The position numbers and the translations under genes are program-made. Below, one piece after another: positions 35,235 through 62,487 of a DNA stretch of 64,000 bases (positions within the stretch are counted from its first letter, which is position 1; every line of letters begins with the position of its first letter). This DNA comes from Hormiphora californensis (taxonomy: Eukaryota; Animalia; Ctenophora). The notes under the pieces were generated by a model that was given only the letters and a program-made list of their open reading frames with translations, had not been told where the DNA came from and made no database searches. Location: NCBI GenBank assembly GCA_020137815.1, contig CM035356.1:7688001-7752000 (forward strand), read 5' to 3'.

Positions 35235-38008
35235 CTCTATCTCTCCCCTCTCTCTCTCTCTCACTCTCTCTCTCTATTCTCTCCCTCACTCTCTCTCGCT
35301 CTTCTGCTCGTCCGCCATCAACCGACCACGATTCATCAACCATTGGATTGTTTGGTAAAAAAAGATACATTTATTACATAACCCCCCCCCAAACGATTAC
35401 CACTTTGCGGATGTAAAAGTAGGAGTAGTAGTAAGTGGTAAAAGGATAAAGTAGTAAAAGTAAAGATATTTGTAAAAAAAGATACCTTGGGGAGTCTTTG
35501 GGAGTAAGTAAATGATTGAGGAATCCGGAATAAATTTACGGACGGAATAAGAGAGAAGGGCCAGACAAGAGAGTGAAGAAATGCAGGGAAAAGAGTGAAG
35601 GGGAAACAAAAAGAAAGAAAAAAATAATGAAGAAAATAAAAGAAAAGCAGAGTTGAAGAAATGATTGAAGGAAAAAATTGAAGAGAAAAAAAACAACCAA
35701 GAAAAGGTCCCAGGCGCAAGACAAAGACGGACGAAGCAAACAAGAAAAAGAACAAAAGAACATATAACAATAAACACCCCCCCAAAAACGGACAGAACAC
35801 CAAAAAAGTATACTTGACAGCAGAATAGGGAGGCGTGCAAAAAAACACACAGAAGAGAAACGAAGAAACACTAGAGAAACCGAGTAAAGAGAGAGGAATG
35901 GGAAGCAAAGAAAAGAGGAAAGAAAAAAAAAATAAACAAGAAAAAGAAAAAGAAATACAACACAAAAGAAAAAAAAAAGAAAACACCCCCAAGAACATAC
36001 CAAAACAAGAACCCAGGCAAAGAAAAAATACGAGAAAGAAAGCAACAAGAAAAAACAAAGAAAGAAAGACAGAAAAAGAAAAAAAAAAAAAATAATGTTC
36101 CGTGCAGTTTTGTGGGTTTTTTTTTGGTTGTTGTGTTGTTGTTTTGGTTTCCAGTGGCTGTCCTTACACGGTGGGGTGTGCGGCGGAAGGGGGAGGGGAC
36201 CAGGGAAACAGGTGGTGGAGCAAGGCAAGGCGGGATGAAATGAAGGTTTTTAGGTTTTGCAGGTCAGGGGGGGAAATTAAGCCCGGGACCGTGGAAATAA
36301 CGGCCGAAATCACGGTCTAACTGTTTATTATTTCCTAGCGCTTTATTTCCAAGAAGTCAAACAGGGATCCAGTAATCCGTAGATCTAGATGGGAGTGATG
36401 ATGTGCGCCAAAACCAAAACAAAAAAAAAAAAAAAAAAAAAAAACACCAAAAAAAAAAAAAAAAAACACCAAAAAAAAAAACTGACTCGACTACGCACCT
36501 ACACTTGGTATCTTTATATTGGACGCCCGCCAAAGTGTTTGCCACAACGACAGGATTGGTAAGTAGGTCTTTCAAGACAAGCGAGAAAAAAGCAAATTAT
36601 TAATAAATTATTTAAGCGCGGCAGCGCGGACTAAATCATGTTGTGTCAGGTGTTCTTAGGCAAGCAAACAAACAAAAAAAACTTCTGCGGCCAAATATGA
36701 GGAACAACACATAGGAATGAGAAAGGGGGAGAAAGGGCAAAAGGTGGGCAAAGGAAAAAAAGAAAGGAAAAAGGGCCAAACGGAAGTTGAGTGACACCTG
36801 TGAACGTGAAATCTGATGAAGAAGACCTTATTAGACGATATAATAGAGCTCACGTTTTGATATGTTCTGTCTACCTTCCTGGTTCCCGTTGATAGTTCAA
36901 CCCGTTTTTCTGTCCAAAACAAGCTGTGATGTGTGTTTCGAATGTTGATGTGATGTTTTTTTGTTTGTATGTGTTGCATATAAAAGAGACAGGGAATAAA
37001 TAAACTACTGGACACTGAGGAATACCTGAGGCGAATATCCGAAAAGAGGGGACACCGCACCAGAGGGCGAAGGAATAACTGTACTGTTTTGTTGAGTATT
37101 TGGTTTTATATTATATAAACCTTTACTCTGGAAATAATAAATGTAGTCACACTGCTGCACGTGTGTGAGACACAACAGCAGAAGAGAAGAAGAGAGACTT
37201 GGAGTCGAGAGTGAGGTCTTCTGATGAGAGAGCCAGTCGGAGTTGAGTATGTTGTGTCTTGCATTGGAAAGAGAGAGTGGTAGTGTTTGTGTAGGGGAGA
37301 GAGGAGAGGGGGGGTAAGAGAAAGAGATGTGAAGGATGTTCTAAAGAAGTATATTTGTCGGCATGTTTTCCAGCGAGCTCCGGCCGTTGTTGACGGGGTG
37401 GACTGTTTTTCAATTTGCATATTTGTGTCCTCTCTTAGTCTTCCCGTCAATTACATTAGCCTGTTCCTTCTTCCCCTGCTGCGACTACTGTTTTGTGTCA
37501 TGTCTCTCTATCTTTCTATCTTGCTCTCTCTCTCTCCCTCTTTCTCCCTCTCTATCTTTCTATCTCTCTCCTCTCATTGTACTCCATTTTTTGTTCTGGA
37601 GCTACGAAAATCTAACGGCTTTTTTTATATTGTTAGACTTTTTATGTTTTGCTTCTTTTTTTGCTTGTTCTGAGTTCTCCTTACTTTCCGTCTTCACGGT
37701 CCGTCTATCTTTTCCTTTCTCTTGCTCTCTCTCTCTCTCACATCTCTCCTCTCCTCTCCCCTCTCTTTCTCTCTTTCCCTATCTCGATTCGTACAAGTTT
37801 ATAAGTCTGCTCTCCTCTTTCGTTATTTTTTCTAATGTACCAGCACATGTCGACAGTCTTGCCTTTTGATTCTATTATTCTTTCTCGTTTTCACCTGTTT
37901 CCGTCTGGGTTCGTATTCTGTCACACTACCAGGATACGGGGTTGTGCACTTGGCCAACTCTCTCCTCTCTCTCTCATTCTCTCTCTCTTTTTCTCTCTCT
38001 CACTCTTC

Positions 38009-38040
<32 letters not shown>

Positions 38041-38126
38041 TTCTCTCTCTCTCTCTCTCTCTCATCATCTCTCTCAATACTAACTCACACTCTCTCTCTA
38101 GCTCTACTCTCTCTATCTCACTCTCT

Positions 38127-38172
<46 letters not shown>

Positions 38173-39975
38173 CCCTCTCTCCCCTCTCTCTCTCTCTCGC
38201 TGAGAGCGCTTTTTGTCTGACAGCACCCAATCTAAACAGCACCCCATCTAAACTACACCTTCCTTCGCTTGTGTCCGAGAGCTCCGCCTGTCTCTGTGAT
38301 CTGATGGGTACGTAGTGTTTCATGCTCAATGATTGTATGAATTTATACATTACAGTTGTACATGATTGTATGAATCTATACATTGCAATTGTACATGATT
38401 GTATGAATCTATACATTGCAGTTGTACATGATTGTATGAATCTATACATAACAATTGTACATGTACCCTCCTTTACATTCTTCGTGCGGTGAAATAGGGT
38501 GGAGCAAGGCAACGTATATATCCACTACCTGCCACCCGGTATATGATCACTTAGAGATAGAGTGTATGTGTGTGTGTATGTGTGTTGAATGGACAGCATA
38601 TACCATGTGTAAATTAGGGTGTGTATGAGGGGATATCTCCATAGCGCGCGAGATCTCTAGCGCTAGCTACGATAGCTTCCGAGAGAGCTCTCTCGCGACA
38701 TCTGTCGACGATTGAAACACGCGCCACGCGAGAGCTACATGGTCTCTCGGCGCGACTTCTCTCTCTCTCTCTTCTCTCTATCCTCATCTCGCTTTCCATC
38801 TTTCTCTCTCAGTCCCTCTCTCTCTCTCTCCATCTCTCTCTCTCCCTCTCTCGCTCTCTCCATCTCTCTCTCACTCTCTCCCTCTCTCTCCTTGTACATT
38901 TTGCCATCCTGCATGTCCAATGGAGCGCACTGAGTATGCATTATTTTTGCAATCTCACTTAATTTTCTCGGGAGAGAGGGGAAGGAAGGAAACAAAAGGT
39001 ATAACCCCCCCCTCATCAGAGATATTAATAGTCCCTAAGAGTAAAGGTATATCAATAAGTAAAATAATAACTTGAGAAAGAGATGAGAGGGAAGTAGGTG
39101 GGTGGTGGGGCAAAACTGGCGGTGGGAAGACGTCGAACGGTATACCACCACCCACCTCCCCCTCCCCTCCATCCCCCCACCCGGGGGGTCGGTGGTAGGG
39201 GGAAACGTGGGGTGGGTAAGGGTCCCGGGTCGGGGGTGGGCGTGGTTAACAGAAAGCGGGTGTGTTAGTGGTTGTTGTATTTACCAGATTTTGAGTGAAG
39301 AGGGGGGGGTAAACAGAACCACTGAAATTAACCTATTTTTAACTCTATTGACTAGGTCCCCAATCCACCACTTTTGAACTCCCCACAGACCATAAGGAAA
39401 GTCATTACAGTAAGCATGGAAGAAACCCCCAAAGAGACTAATGATAAAAACACATCTACATTTATATTAAGATACGCCATATCTAATACCTTTTAACAAT
39501 TAGCGTATTTTTTTTTCGGTTAATTTTTTTTTTTACTTTGTTTTTTACAGTCTAGTGCATTTTATTATACCTATATAATAGTCATCAAATATAATAATTA
39601 GCGTACTAAGATAATCTTAAATCGGTTTGATGGTGGCATGGGATACTTATTTTTTAGGTCATTTCTCTTGTTGAGTGTGAAGTGAGCCAATGCGCTTCTG
39701 TTACACCTAACAGAATTAATGACCTTTTCCATTCTGTTGCCACTCTTTTGAGAAACAATCTCATTTTTTAGAATTTAACGATAAAGTATACTTGAATTGT
39801 GTATCTTATTTTTAAACGAACTAGAAAACAAACAAACAATGATGTAATTAATAGTCCTGCTACATGTGTACAATTGTGCACTATAAAATCTATCTGTGAT
39901 TGTGTACCCTGCTTTCCGATCACTCTATAACTATTGCTCTCTTATAACTCTCTCTATAGATCTCTGTAGATCTCT

Positions 39976-40036
<61 letters not shown>

Positions 40037-40038
40037 GC

Positions 40039-40085
<47 letters not shown>

Positions 40086-40249
40086 GGACGTATTACCGAT
40101 GGAGTCATTTCCATTAGCTAGCTTCCTAGTCGTCTAATTGCCACCAACTTCTCTTTTTCTTTATCTCTCGCTGTCTCCCTTCTTTCTCTCCCGATTTCTT
40201 CTTTGCGTGTTCTCTCTCCCTCTCTCTCTTCCTCCCTCTCTCTCTCTCA

Positions 40250-40352
<103 letters not shown>

Positions 40353-40806
40353 TCTCGTCTTTGCTCTGCACCGCAACTCGTGTACAAGTCTGTGCTCGAT
40401 CTTTCCTCCTTCTATCTCTCTCTCTCTGTCCAGTTGATTCTCACTGATCTGTATTCTTTTTTGTTTGCATTGTTTCATCTTGAATCAATTTAATTTTTAG
40501 CATTTTTTTTAGATTAACTTCAAACTAGAAATAGATCAAATATATATTGAATTTGATCAAATAATTAACAAATATATCGTTTAATTTAATACTAATAATT
40601 GTACATTTTGTATAGCAATGAGGGAGAGAAGATACAGTCCAGAGTAGATGCAAACAGTCAGCCAGTTATGACGGACGGCGCAGCGTCAGGTTCGTGTATA
40701 AAGAAATCTTTAAATTATACTCGTATCTTGTTGAGTAACAAGGCATATATCTAGCCTTCCCTTTACTTTACTTATCCTCACTATCCTCTTTTTCCCTTCA
40801 CTACCG

Positions 40807-40839
<33 letters not shown>

Positions 40840-41422
40840 CTCACTCTCCCAAAACTTTAACTAGCCCCCAACGCCCTCTTTATACCCCGTATTTCCGTTT
40901 CACTTCGTCCTTATTTGTGTTATATATGACAAGTATTTTGTTACATTTTATTTTGAATCTTGAATCTACTCATATATATTCACTCTCTCGTATCATCTTC
41001 AATTTTCTCCCTTCTCATTTTCTCCTTTCTTGTTTCTCTCTGGCGAAGCATCGCGATTGTTAATTAGCTCACATTGGTACCCGCACACACACATTCTCTT
41101 TCCTTTCTTTCTCTCTTTCTTTCTCTCTCTCTCTCTCTATCTCTCTCTATCTATCTCTCTCTATCTCTCTATCTTCCCCAAATCTCTGTACTCACCCACA
41201 TTTCCCCTCAGTCAAGAGCAGTAAGGAGCCGGGCGATGATATCGAACAATTGCCCGTTGATAAAATCGCCTTAATCCTACCTGGATTCGTAATATTAGCA
41301 GGTAATTGATATAATTGATATAATTAACACAACGATAGGAAGGGTAATTTAGTTGTTTGAAACTCATTATCCTCGAGACTGATTCCCCATTTTCTAACCC
41401 CCCCTCTCTCTCTCTTACTCAG

Positions 41423-41586
41423 GAACGGTACTGGTAGCACTCGGATTTGCTTACCAAGAAACATTTGAATCGGGCTATATAGCTGGATTTTGTCTCCTCT
41501 TTTTCGGTATAATCGGCTTTCTTCACTTGGCGTCGGTCATTCTCGAGCAGGGGACGTGGTTAAATGAGGCTGAGGAGGACTCATGA
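41423..41586 (+). CDS. Terminal exon of a membrane protein (possibly EamA/DMT-transporter-like); upstream exons not recoverable
   Basis: Polypyrimidine-cag acceptor, then the open frame (G)TVLVALGFAYQETFESGYIAGFCLLFFGIIGFLHLASVILEQGTWLNEAEEDS*, with hydrophobic segments. Confidence 0.55.
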
Positions 41587-42729
41587 ACACCCGGTTGCAG
41601 TCGCCTCGCTTCGTTCGCCCGGCCGCACGTGTTGTTAAGTTGCAGCGAGTCAGTTGAGGGTGTTTGTACAACAACACACCATGGTAACCATGGTAACCAT
41701 GTGTAATCACCATGGTAACGCACCATGTGTAATGGGACTCTATAGCTTGTACTGCATACACACAGTGAGAGAGAGAGAAAGAGAGATAGAATGGGAGAAC
41801 TGTTACTCTAGAAATAGTTCTAAACATACACCACATGATACGTGTACCGGGATACAGAGACTGGAGAGTATATTATGAGTATGATTATAATATATATATA
41901 ATATTGGGGACAAAACGAGAAAGAAAGAAAGCGAATGAAGCCGGGTTAGTTAATATGTTGTACTTGATAGAGAGGATTATATTTTAGTGAAAGGGAGAGA
42001 GATAAGAGAGAGAGAGTAGAGAGTTTAGGAATGGGGTGTTCAAAGATAATAAAGAAAATTCTATGCCCTACTACTTTTAAAAATAATATGGTGTGAGACA
42101 GCTCTCACTATAAGTCACACTATCTTAAATACAAAGAGAGAGCTGAGAGTTAAACCTGAAAATAATGCGTAACACGCCTTCGTAAAATCTTACTATACGC
42201 ATTCGATTAGATATTAATATTGCCGTCTTGAGAGCAGCACAGTGTATACATTTGTACTATACATCATGTATTACATTGTATTGTGTGAGCTGCTAAAGTA
42301 CATTGTGTGTACTGTGTACTGGTGTGTATTGTGTACTATTTTGTACGCAATACTCACCATTGTACATTGTACATGGTACTTTGTAGCAGCTGTCTCTCTC
42401 GATCGCATAACTCTACTATCCAATATACTACCGCCTTATACAACTACAGGTCTCAAAACCCATTTTATTTTTGTTCGCACGTTAATGTTTATAGTGTAAC
42501 AAGGGGAGGACGAACATGTATTTTGCTTTTTATTAAACTAAACTCTTGTAAATTAATGAGTTTTAAGAGTCTAATAACTAATTAAAATGCCAAACATGAG
42601 TTTCTTCAGAACTGGCACGCGCAAATCGATTTTCTAGATTGCGCGGCGCGATCAAATATCGAATAAAAACACGCGCGCGCGCGCCAAATATTTTCCAAAC
42701 TTTCCGAACGCGAACTCCTTATTTAAAAA

Positions 42730-43107
42730 AGTAAAGTCGGATTTTTTGAAACTGTCACCCCCCTGAAATAACAAAATTTGTCATATCTCCGGTTCCTGAT
42801 AAGATAGCGACTTGAAATTTGGAGGTTCGGAAGAACTTAGCAAGATCTTCGTAACCTCCAAATTTCAAGTCTCTATCTCATCAGGAACCGGACTTATGGT
42901 CATTTAAAGAAATTTGAAAACTCTAAAAAACGACAGTTATTTAAAATCAGAGTAAAGTCGGATTTTTTGAAGTTGTCACCCCAAAATGACCGCGCATGTG
43001 AAATTTATCAATTTTGACGTGCACACCACACGTTAACATGTGATGTGACGCGCAAAAACATTCCGCGCACGAAAAGGGGGGTGACAACTTCAAAAAATCC
43101 GACTTTA
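42730..43107. mobile_element. Repeat element with nested inverted repeats
   Basis: aaagtcggattttttgaa..tgtcacccc occurs twice (~42733, ~42954) and inverted at ~43078-43105. Internal hairpin at 42789-42891. Confidence 0.6.
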
Positions 43108-43152
43108 TAGGACCGATTTTCTGTCGCTTTTTTTCATTGCTTGAAAAGCGCT

Positions 43153-43430
43153 TGGAAGGGGTGAGGACACGTCCTAGGTGCGAGTCTACGACTGCAAGTA
43201 CTATGATAGGTCATATCATACTATTTGCAAGAGGATTCGCTTAGTTAGTTCTCGCACGGCTTCTCCGGTTCCGAGCCACCGTTGACCGTTGTCCGAGTCC
43301 TTGGGATTGTAGCTGATACCCAGAGTCGTATACTCCAGTTGAACTGAGGGCAGGGTAGCTAGAGTATCGGAAGAGCTGGTAAATCCTCGGGCAAACGAAA
43401 CCCCCAACTCGATCCCCACTAACACCTCAT
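43153..43430 (+). ncRNA. Candidate structured RNA (unassigned)
   Basis: GC-richer island with several stems whose non-Watson-Crick pairs are mostly G-U on the + strand. No family motif recognised. Confidence 0.3.
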
Positions 43431-43607
43431 TAAGTCTCAAATTAATTTGAGTTTCAGCAACCTTCTTACCTCCAACTTATAACTTACTGTTGAAAATTAA
43501 ATGCATTCATTACACCATACTGCTTTCAAATTGTGACCCTGTTCCAATTCAAATCATTCAAGTTAACCAGTTTTACGCTACTTAGCTCCAAGAAGAAGGG
43601 GGTGATA

Positions 43608-44680
43608 ATGCTAGAGTATTTACTACGGGGGTTCTGGTTTCTATCAATCACTCTCCCTGTAACCACTAAACTCGCCCTCGGAGGGAGGGCAGAGGAGCTC
43701 TTCAAGTGGGGTAATTATCTTGTGACGTCATTATCTGTTGTACTTTGTCACATACTATATTCTGTCAGGTTTTATTTACCCAGCATTATGCTCCAGTTAC
43801 AAATTGGAAACTGACACCAGGTTGGAAACTGACGCCAGTTTCCAGCTTGGAGACTCCTGATGAACCATGATGTGCACTGATACCAGTTTCCAATCTTGTA
43901 ACTGGGGCCTTATCTCCATCCCCCCATATTATAAAACTCTCCCCTCCTCTCCCCAGGTAAAACTCTGGAAAGATCACGTGATCACAGTAGACTACTGGTA
44001 CCCCACAGCTACTTTGCACTATTTTACCTCACTGGACTTATCTTCAACTCCATTCTCTGTGCTGATATCTGGCTGGGTACTTCAATAATCAAAGGAACTG
44101 TGGCATTGTTTCACCCCGTATTGTTCCTACCCGAGACTTGGTTGTTGGGCGAGGGACGGTGGATGGCAGTGGTATTGCTGCAGTTCCAGCTCCTCAGACG
44201 TTTATCTGAAAGTGTCTGGGTGGTAAAACACGAAGATAAAAAGATGCATGTACTGCACCTTGTCTTTCGCCTTGGCTTACTACCCAGCCCTATCTCTTTC
44301 CATTCCCCCTCGCCGGTTTGACTCCCATTCCACGGTGGCTGGCTGTCGGAGGAGTTTGGTTATTTCTCTGGGCATCACTCCACCAGTACACGTGTCATTC
44401 AATATTAGCGGATCTGAGGCGTCCAGGACACCCATTATGGACTACCCCGAGGTGACTGGTTCGATCTAGTCTCCTCTCCTCACTACCTAGCTGAAGGGGT
44501 TATCTACCTGGCCTATGTTCGTTGTGTCCGGGTTTAACTATCTACTTGCTATGAACTGTCTGTATCAGATTGTGAACTTTTACTGTTATCTGTTGCCCAC
44601 CCACACATGCGTGGTATCAGGAAACTTTCGGGAAGGAATATCCTAAAGATAGGAAGATCCTCATACCGTACATTTACTAG
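43608..44680 (+). CDS. SRD5A3: Polyprenol reductase / steroid 5-alpha-reductase 3 family (DFG10); apparent sequencing frameshifts in exon 2
   Basis: Exons 43608-43710 and 43957-44680. Motifs WGKT, VPHSYFALFY, LLRRLSES, MHVLH, HQYTCHSILADLR, PRGDWFDLVSSPHYLAE and YPKDRKILIPYIY*. Confidence 0.88.
43789..43909. mobile_element. PIF/Harbinger (Tourist-like) MITE in SRD5A3 intron
   Basis: Inverted ends (t)gctccagttacaa / ttgtaactggggcc, with tta on both sides. Confidence 0.6.
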
Positions 44681-44763
44681 CGGATAAGGTGTACTGCAGT
44701 TTACTATTTCCTTTAGATGTTAGGGAGTTATCAGTTCTAGATACTCTTCCATACTATGATTAT

Positions 44764-44853
44764 GAAATACTGGTCCCTGATTGGCTGATAACCAGTCACG
44801 TGACCTAAATAACGAGTTCTGATTGGTTGTTTACTTGTTTCGGTCGGTTCCTG
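44764..44853 (-). mobile_element. Truncated inverted copy of the 18779-18887 hAT MITE
   Basis: Reverse-complement match over ~90 bp, ending cggtcggttcctg. Confidence 0.8.
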
Positions 44854-45065
44854 ATTTGAATAGCTGATTCAGAAAAGCTCTGTTGAACAGAGAGTTTCCG
44901 GACCACTGTCAGACACTTGCAGTAAAAGTCTTTGAGCTACTAGTACAATTCTAGATAGACATAGTCTTTTAGCTGTCAACCTTTCTATTGTCAGTCGAAT
45001 ACTATTTTTGTTGCACTGTTGCAGACGACGTGGGTTTTATTGAAGTTTTCTGTCAGAAAATTATG

Positions 45066-45123
<58 letters not shown>

Positions 45124-45715
45124 CTTTCTCTTTCTATCTATCTCTCTATATAGTCTATCTATCTCTCTCCATTTCTCTCTCTCTCTCTCCATCTCTATCT
45201 CTCTGATCCCAATAAAACCCCTATTTTAGCAGCTATATGACATGTTGTCTGAAAGAAAGTACGGCCTCCAGGACAAGAAACTTTTCCAAAGGATCTCCGA
45301 GGTACATTTATAAAGTTCCCAGACGGGGGTTAAGTGCTCTTCTTCACCGTATAACTACAGATAGTTTAGTCAGTAATGGTTATAACTTTTCTCACGGGTC
45401 TCTCTCACGGGTCACCCTTTTTTGTCTCGGGTCACTCTCACGGGTCACCCTTTTTTCTCACGGGTCTCTTCTCTTCAATACTTTAGTCATCATAGCGCTA
45501 GATCCTTAAGCACTCTCGTTAAAACTCTAAGTACCCCAGTTCCAGACAACGGGTAGAATTGAAAATTTCCTCATATAAGCGGCACATGAAATTGTGGACA
45601 GTAAAGTGTTGGTATTGGAAAGACCTGGTTGAACAGTAAATTTAGAGAGTTGGTATTTGGGTCTAATTGGTACTTGGATCAAGACCCATGGTTGACCCAT
45701 ATTTCCACCTTGCAG

Positions 45716-59753
<14,038 letters not shown>

Positions 59754-59869
59754 AGGGAGGGAGAGAGAGACATTTTGGGGTGAAATGATATGTTTTGAAG
59801 GGACAGAGAGCGAGAAAGAGAGAATTAGACATTTCGGGGGTATAATTCTCAAGCGGGTTTTTAAATATA

Positions 59870-60799
59870 TTAGGTTGTCCCAGAAATAATGTCATGTTCC
59901 GATTTCTCCAACTTAGCCCACCGCTTTCGATTTGAAACTTTTATAACTTGTTCATTTAACCCTTGTCTCTATAAAACAAGTGTTTGTTTTGAAAAAATTG
60001 GTTTTTGACGCGCCCTGGTGAACCCGGAAACAAGCGAGCTAAAATTTCCGCTGAACGAAAAATATGCGCATGTTAAAAACACTGCTGTACTTTTTCAGAT
60101 AAGTATCTGTAAATTATTTCACTACACCATTCTTGTTTATTGGACAATTTTCTATCGTTTGAGTGGTGGATGAAGACACAGGTCCAACTCGCTGCTGAGC
60201 TATGGAGCTCCAAAAAACTTTGGTCAAAATCAGAAATTTTCACTTCTTCCGGGTCACTTCAGGCATCAGTGGATTGACTTACAAGAATTATTTTAACAGC
60301 TATTAATAGACCCAACTAAGCTCTTAGCATTGGAGATTCTGAATGTTTGATTTGGGAAGGTTTTGATTTGAAAATTTGAAGTTTTTGAAAGTAGCCATAA
60401 AACAGGTCAAAATTTAGGGTAAATTTTTGGATTTTTTCGCTTTTTTGCGGCGTATAAGCTTTGCCTGACGCTTTCATAGGTTGCGTAGAGACTTAAATCG
60501 CACAGTTGCATAAACTGTGGACGATACATAGGCTATCTTTTGGTGCAATTTGGAATTCTGAAAACTCAAATGGCCTTTCTTCAGCGACGTTTTAAGAAAT
60601 GCAAAACTCCCGTTCAGCGGCAACCCGACTTAGGGTATCACAATACTCAATTATGGGCAGGTGAAATCCTCATTCGAGATTCAAGACACGTTCCTGAGCT
60701 AAGGATCGTCTAATTGACAAGATAGGACCGGTTAGAACTCTCTAACTCATGTATTTCTTCAAAATATCGGTACATGACATTATTTCTGGGACAACCTAA
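59870..60799. mobile_element. 930-bp non-autonomous mariner-type element
   Basis: ta|ttaggttgtcccagaaataatgtcatgt ... acatgacattatttctgggacaacctaa|ta. TTAGGTTG ends are typical of mariner. Confidence 0.85.
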
Positions 60800-61407
60800 T
60801 AAAATGTAATTGACGCAATATGACCAGCTCTAAATAAGCTCAGTGTTTTTAGATTTTATGCTGTCTGTGTTTTTGTTATTAAGAGTTGTCCTTACAGTCA
60901 TAGCCTGACACAGCTGAGACCGAACATGTAATGGCTGATCGTGGAGTAAGACCTGTCAAGTTGCAGTGTCTGTGTGTGTGTACTAAATTGCATTGTATTG
61001 TCAGGCGGCGCCAGATCCCGTTTTGATTCGCCCAGTGCGCTCAGATTGGGTCGACGCCGCCAGACAGTAGAACTAGATCTAAAAGTAACTTATAACTAGA
61101 GAAAGATAGAGAGAGAGTGAGTTTATCGATATATGTATCGCTTTTATTGTATTGTGTTGGTATTTATTGCATTTTAAAATGAAGTATTTTACTTTGCCCG
61201 TCAAAACAGCTGTCTGGCGCCGCCATACCCCGTATAAATTCCCCCCGTTTTGATTCTCATAGTGCGTTCAGATCGGGGTCGGCGCCGCCAGACAGCTATA
61301 ATTATAACGTCCGATTTGGGGAAATCGACCAACTCAAACTGCTCATGGCTATCTGAGCAGCTTTTACCGGGCAACTGTCGACCGCCAATCGGGTCCATTT
61401 GATTCTC

Positions 61408-62202
61408 AGATCGGTTCGGCGGCACCAGACCCCGTTTTGATTGTCAGATCGGGTCGGCGCCACCAGACCCCATTTTGATTCTCAGATGGGGTCGGCGCCA
61501 CTAGACCCCGTTTTGATTCTCAGATCGGGTCGGTGTTACCAAACCACGTTATGATTCTCAGATCGGATCGGCGCCACCAGACCCCATTTTGATTTTCAGA
61601 TCGAGTCGGCGCCACCAGACCCCGTTTTGATTCTCAGATCGGGTCGGCGCCACCAGACCCCGTTTTGATTGTCAGATGGGGTCGGTGCCACCAGACCCCG
61701 TTTTGATTGTCAGATCGGGTCGGTGCCACCAGACCCCGTTTTGATTCTCAGATCGGGTTGGTGCCAGCCATCAGACCCCGCTTTGATTGTCAGATCGGGT
61801 CGGCGCCACCAGACCCAGTTTTGATTGTCAGATCGGGTCGGTGTTACCAGACCCCATTTTGATTTTCAGATCGGGTCGGCGCCACCAGACCCCGTTTTGA
61901 TTCTCAGATCGGGTCGGCGCCACCAGACCCCGTTTTGATTTTCAGATCGGGTCGGCGCTACCGAACCCCGTTTTGATTGTCAGATCGGGTCTGCACCACC
62001 AGACCCCGTTTTGATTCTCAGATCGAGTTGGCGCCACCAGACTCTGTTTTGATTCTCAGATCGGGTCGGCGCCGCCAGACCCCGTTTTGATTCTGAGATC
62101 GGGTCGGCACCACCACTGCACCGTTTTGGTTTTCAGATTGAGATCGGGTCGGCACCACCACTGCACCGTTTTGGTTTTCAGATTGAGATCGAGTCGGCGC
62201 CG
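61408..62202. repeat. 38-bp minisatellite (tcagatcgggtcggcgccaccagaccccgttttgattc), ~20 copies; scattered units from ~61000
   Basis: Directly visible head-to-tail units with no spacers. Confidence 0.95.
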
Positions 62203-62487
62203 ATTTAATGTATTAGCACGACAAGTTGATTATCAAATTATCAAAAGATTCTAACACAATTTTCAAAATTCAAGCAAAGTAGTTAACAGCTTTTGCCACA
62301 TTTTCACAACAAAATAGATCGCTGGATGTTGTATAATTGTTATTGGTGCATTAATTGTCTCACACTTGCATTGTCTCATCATGTCTCGTAGTAGGGTGGG
62401 GTATGGGAAGTTCCCACTAGTTCCCAGTGGGAACTGGGAAGTCGGATCTCTATTCTCTCACAAATTTTACCGTAGATTACCGAACTC

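Noticed and set aside
44260-44640. SRD5A3 as a pseudogene or programmed frameshift
   Set aside because: All family motifs and the C-terminus are intact. Scattered indels match the local error profile, and essential NVL also shows one at ~54949.
61408-62202. CRISPR-like array of 38-bp palindromic repeats
   Set aside because: Units are head-to-tail with no unique spacers, there are no cas genes, and the context is eukaryotic.
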